A DNA stretch of 64,000 nt from a virus: the IMG/VR virus record IMGVR_UViG_3300043172_001413; one strand, written 5' to 3'. How positions within the stretch are numbered: the stretch's first letter is position 1; the number at the start of each line of letters is the position of its first letter. The position numbers and the translations under genes were made by a program. Positions 61,420 to 64,000 of the stretch are shown piece after piece. The notes beneath the pieces were generated by a model that was given only the letters and a program-made list of their open reading frames with translations, was not told the DNA's origin and did not search any database.

Positions 61420-63210
61420 TTATTTGAAGTTTTTAAAGCTATTTAAAAACAGTGTGCTGGGATTGTTGTCTATACTATGTCCGCGAAAGAGGCGACTTTT
61501 TGCGTAGCTGATATTCAGAAAATTCTTCGCCCGCGTACATGCCACATAAAAAAGTCTCTCTTCTTCTTTTTTGTCCATAGAGAATCTATGGGGCCATATC
61601 CCATCTTCCAGACCTACCACCAGAACCGTATCAAACTCCAACCCTTTACTGGCATGAGCAGTTAATAACTTGACTCCATAACCACTGTCTTCCTCCAAAA
61701 AAGTACTGGCGAGAACGAGTTCTTCTATTGTTTTATATCCGGATGCAACATCTATAAGAGAAGTGAGCATTGTATGGTCAGAATCCCTCTTCAGTGTCCC
61801 ACGATATTCCGTCCGGTATAAAATTTCATTGATGGCATCATAGGGGCTCATGCTCTTAATTTCATCTAACAGATAGATGAATGATTGAATTTTTGGCATC
61901 TCTTGTGCCATTTTCTCCAGGTAGGGCCAGCCCTTATGTAATAATCTCTCCTGTTTCTGTTCTCCGAATCCTCTCTTCGGGACATTGATAATACGAACAA
62001 GACTCTCGAGGTCTGAATGGTTGACAGCAGCTTTACAAAATGACAAAAGATCCTTTGACACTTTTCGCTTATAATAAGGAATACCTATCACTTTATATGG
62101 GATACGCTTACGGGCAAAGGCTCTTTCAAAAAGCAGGGATCGTGTATTAACCCGGAAGAGTATCGCAGTGTTTTGAAAATCTCTCTTCCTTAATAAAGCG
62201 TCTGCAATTTTCTCGGCTTCCTCTTCTTGACTATTGAACCTAGTAAAAGAAACCTGTCCTGCCATGGCAGATTTGGAGACCATAGGGGCACCGTATTGCA
62301 GGAATCTGTTCGCATGGTTAATGATAGAAGAGCCACTCCGGTAGTTATAACTGAGATTACAAACAGTGGGTTCATATGTTTTTATGAAATCGTTTATGTT
62401 CTCGGGGTTCGCTCCACGCCAGCCGTAGACCGACTGATTAAAATCTCCCACAACAAAGAGAGTTTCTGTCTTCTTAGAATTATACAATTGATTTATTATT
62501 TTATATTGGATCACGGAAGTGTCCTGGAACTCATCTACCAGGATATGATGCCATAAATCTGAAAAGTAATCGGAGCATTCATCGTGTTTGAGACAGACGT
62601 TGGCGTATATCAGAAGATCGTCAAAGTCGCAGGCATTATTTTTGAAAAGAATCTCTTGATATGTTTTATATAATTTTAGAAATTTAAATTCATCGAGATC
62701 GTTATCACCGTTACGGAATGCCTCTTTAATTTCTTCCTCTCGTTCTGAAGTGCATATGGATTTAATATTGCTGATAGTTCTTATATAGTCTCTCGGCTCA
62801 CCGTTATATCCGCGAGACTTGATGATAGTTTTAACTATGGAGAGCTGATCAGATTCATCGTAGATACTGAAAGGAAGATTCAAGGGAGTGTATTGAATAA
62901 AATCTTTCATTATTCTGACACATAGACTATGTATCGTGCTGACTTGGATATCTTTTATAGGTTTATTGTATTGAGATTTCAATCTCTCTTTCATCTCATT
63001 GGCCGCTTTATTGGTGAATGTGATAGCACAGATGCTTGCCGGATTGATTCCGGATGCGATTAATCTTAATATTTTTACGATGAGGCACCGAGTCTTGCCA
63101 GAACCGGCTGATGCATTTACCAGAGTAGGTGAAGGTGCCATTACAGCTATTCGTTGTTCATTATCTAATTCTGGTCCCATCAAAAGCCTCTTTTCATACT
63201 CATGGAACAT
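61420..63210 (-). CDS. UvrD/PcrA-like SF1 helicase
   Basis: AGSGKT Walker A, TFTNKAANEM, DEFQDT. Confidence 0.75.
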   Translation of the reverse strand: MFHEYEKRLLMGPELDNEQRIAVMAPSPTLVNASAGSGKTRCLIVKILRLIASGINPASICAITFTNKAANEMKERLKSQYNKPIKDIQVSTIHSLCVRIMKDFIQYTPLNLPFSIYDESDQLSIVKTIIKSRGYNGEPRDYIRTISNIKSICTSEREEEIKEAFRNGDNDLDEFKFLKLYKTYQEILFKNNACDFDDLLIYANVCLKHDECSDYFSDLWHHILVDEFQDTSVIQYKIINQLYNSKKTETLFVVGDFNQSVYGWRGANPENINDFIKTYEPTVCNLSYNYRSGSSIINHANRFLQYGAPMVSKSAMAGQVSFTRFNSQEEEAEKIADALLRKRDFQNTAILFRVNTRSLLFERAFARKRIPYKVIGIPYYKRKVSKDLLSFCKAAVNHSDLESLVRIINVPKRGFGEQKQERLLHKGWPYLEKMAQEMPKIQSFIYLLDEIKSMSPYDAINEILYRTEYRGTLKRDSDHTMLTSLIDVASGYKTIEELVLASTFLEEDSGYGVKLLTAHASKGLEFDTVLVVGLEDGIWPHRFSMDKKEEERLFYVACTRAKNFLNISYAKSRLFRGHSIDNNPSTLFLNSFKNFK

Positions 63211-63449
63211 GCTCCGGCTACGATGTCTCTTAAATAATCTAAGTCATATTCTTTTTCTCTATTTAATTTGAGGAGTTTATGGTCAGCAGAAATGACTTGA
63301 GTTAAATCTAATAACAAAGGTATCTTTATGTTCCTGTCTGAAGTCTCCAAAACGGGCTGGTACAGTAAATTATTAATTATTTTGAAAGAGACTTTAATAG
63401 TCATGTTTTTCCCTCTAAAAAATAATGGCTTCATGATTCTGGCATTCAT
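63180..63449 (-). CDS. hypothetical protein (start trimmed to internal Met)
   Basis: Trimmed to avoid overlap. Confidence 0.35.
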   Translation of the reverse strand: MNARIMKPLFFRGKNMTIKVSFKIINNLLYQPVLETSDRNIKIPLLLDLTQVISADHKLLKLNREKEYDLDYLRDIVAGACSMSMKRGF

Positions 63450-63463
63450 CACCCATTCATCAC

Positions 63464-63763
63464 CTAGTAAAGTAAATATTTGGCGAAGTTTATAATCCTT
63501 TCGCGGTTCCAATTGTTTAGAATGAATGTTCTGAAATATTCTTCTTCGGTTTGGGTTGTTATCTGTTGATCCCACCATTCTTTGAATAGGCTGTGGTTGA
63601 TGTTGAAATTTTCTCCATCAGAAAAGACCATGTTTGGAAATTCTAAATGTCTGTTTGATCGATAAACATGAACAGGATGTATATATTCCTTTCCAGTCAA
63701 GTCACCGGCAGCTTTAACCCAGTAATAACCACCAATTTTAGGTTTTTCTTTTGTCCAAGCCAT
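63464..63763 (-). CDS. hypothetical protein
   Basis: 99-aa ORF; ATG overlaps upstream stop (TAATG). Confidence 0.4.
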   Translation of the reverse strand: MAWTKEKPKIGGYYWVKAAGDLTGKEYIHPVHVYRSNRHLEFPNMVFSDGENFNINHSLFKEWWDQQITTQTEEEYFRTFILNNWNRERIINFAKYLLY

Positions 63764-64000
63764 TATCTCATGTCCGCATATCTAGTATTGGAGAGCAGCA
63801 TTTGGTCAGTCCAGTCCCATTTATCCTGCACATAGTTCCGAAATTCCTGAGAAGTAATAGTTATTTTTTCATCGACACTCATTTCAAGCATTTCGATTGC
63901 CCTGTCATATTCCTCTGCTTTATCAACGGGTTTAGGTAAATTGAGAATATTAGTAAGATTATCAAAATTCCTGTCATTGGCTTCTTTTAAAAGTGATTCA
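63764..64000 (-). CDS. hypothetical protein, 3' portion only
   Basis: Open minus-strand frame from window edge to TAA at 63764-63766 (...NTRYADMR*). Confidence 0.35.

Overview
This 64-kb window is AT-rich (roughly 35-38% GC), gene-dense, and reads as part of a large (jumbo-type) tailed bacteriophage genome. Bacterial-type signals are present throughout: Shine-Dalgarno sites, a sigma-70-family sigma factor, a NusG-like protein, DnaX and a delta-prime clamp-loader subunit, NAD-dependent ligase LigA, and DnaJ. Genes from position 1 to about 27,985 are almost all on the minus strand; genes from 28,330 to 61,403 are all on the plus strand. The two blocks are separated by an AT-rich divergent control region.

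The minus block carries:
- a tandem endonuclease-VII protein and a DnaJ-like chaperone;
- a recombination/repair module: NYN nuclease, a Rad50/SbcC apparently split into separate N-terminal and C-terminal genes, SbcD/Mre11, a Cas4-like Fe-S exonuclease, a DnaN-like sliding clamp, a RecA-like recombinase, RuvC, a RecD2-like helicase, LigA and a lytic transglycosylase;
- a small plus-strand island holding a PTH2-like peptidyl-tRNA hydrolase and three tRNA-like genes. Two of these have 120-160 nt insertions in the anticodon loop; the third has anticodon CUA (amber-suppressor-like).

The plus block carries:
- clamp-loader subunits, a class II ribonucleotide reductase, thioredoxin, a glycosyltransferase-like protein, dCMP deaminase, a HAD-like protein, UDG family 4, a SAM methyltransferase and an isochorismatase-like protein lacking its catalytic residues;
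- many small zinc-ribbon proteins, a Toprim protein, a GIY-YIG protein, DnaX, a NusG-like protein, a 5'-3' exonuclease/FEN and a sigma factor;
- a block of unknown, probably virion, proteins, then a terminase (candidate TerS plus TerL) and a 1200-aa BNR-propeller/collagen-like fiber protein.

A UvrD-like helicase and further minus-strand genes close the window.

Non-coding points of interest:
- an iteron array with an (AT)n tract and hairpins at 1.39-1.67 kb, origin-like;
- a perfect 47-bp direct repeat pair bracketing a small gene and a roughly 430-bp structured, ORF-poor segment;
- recurring promoter-like motifs.

No CRISPR arrays, rRNA or obvious integrase/transposase were seen.
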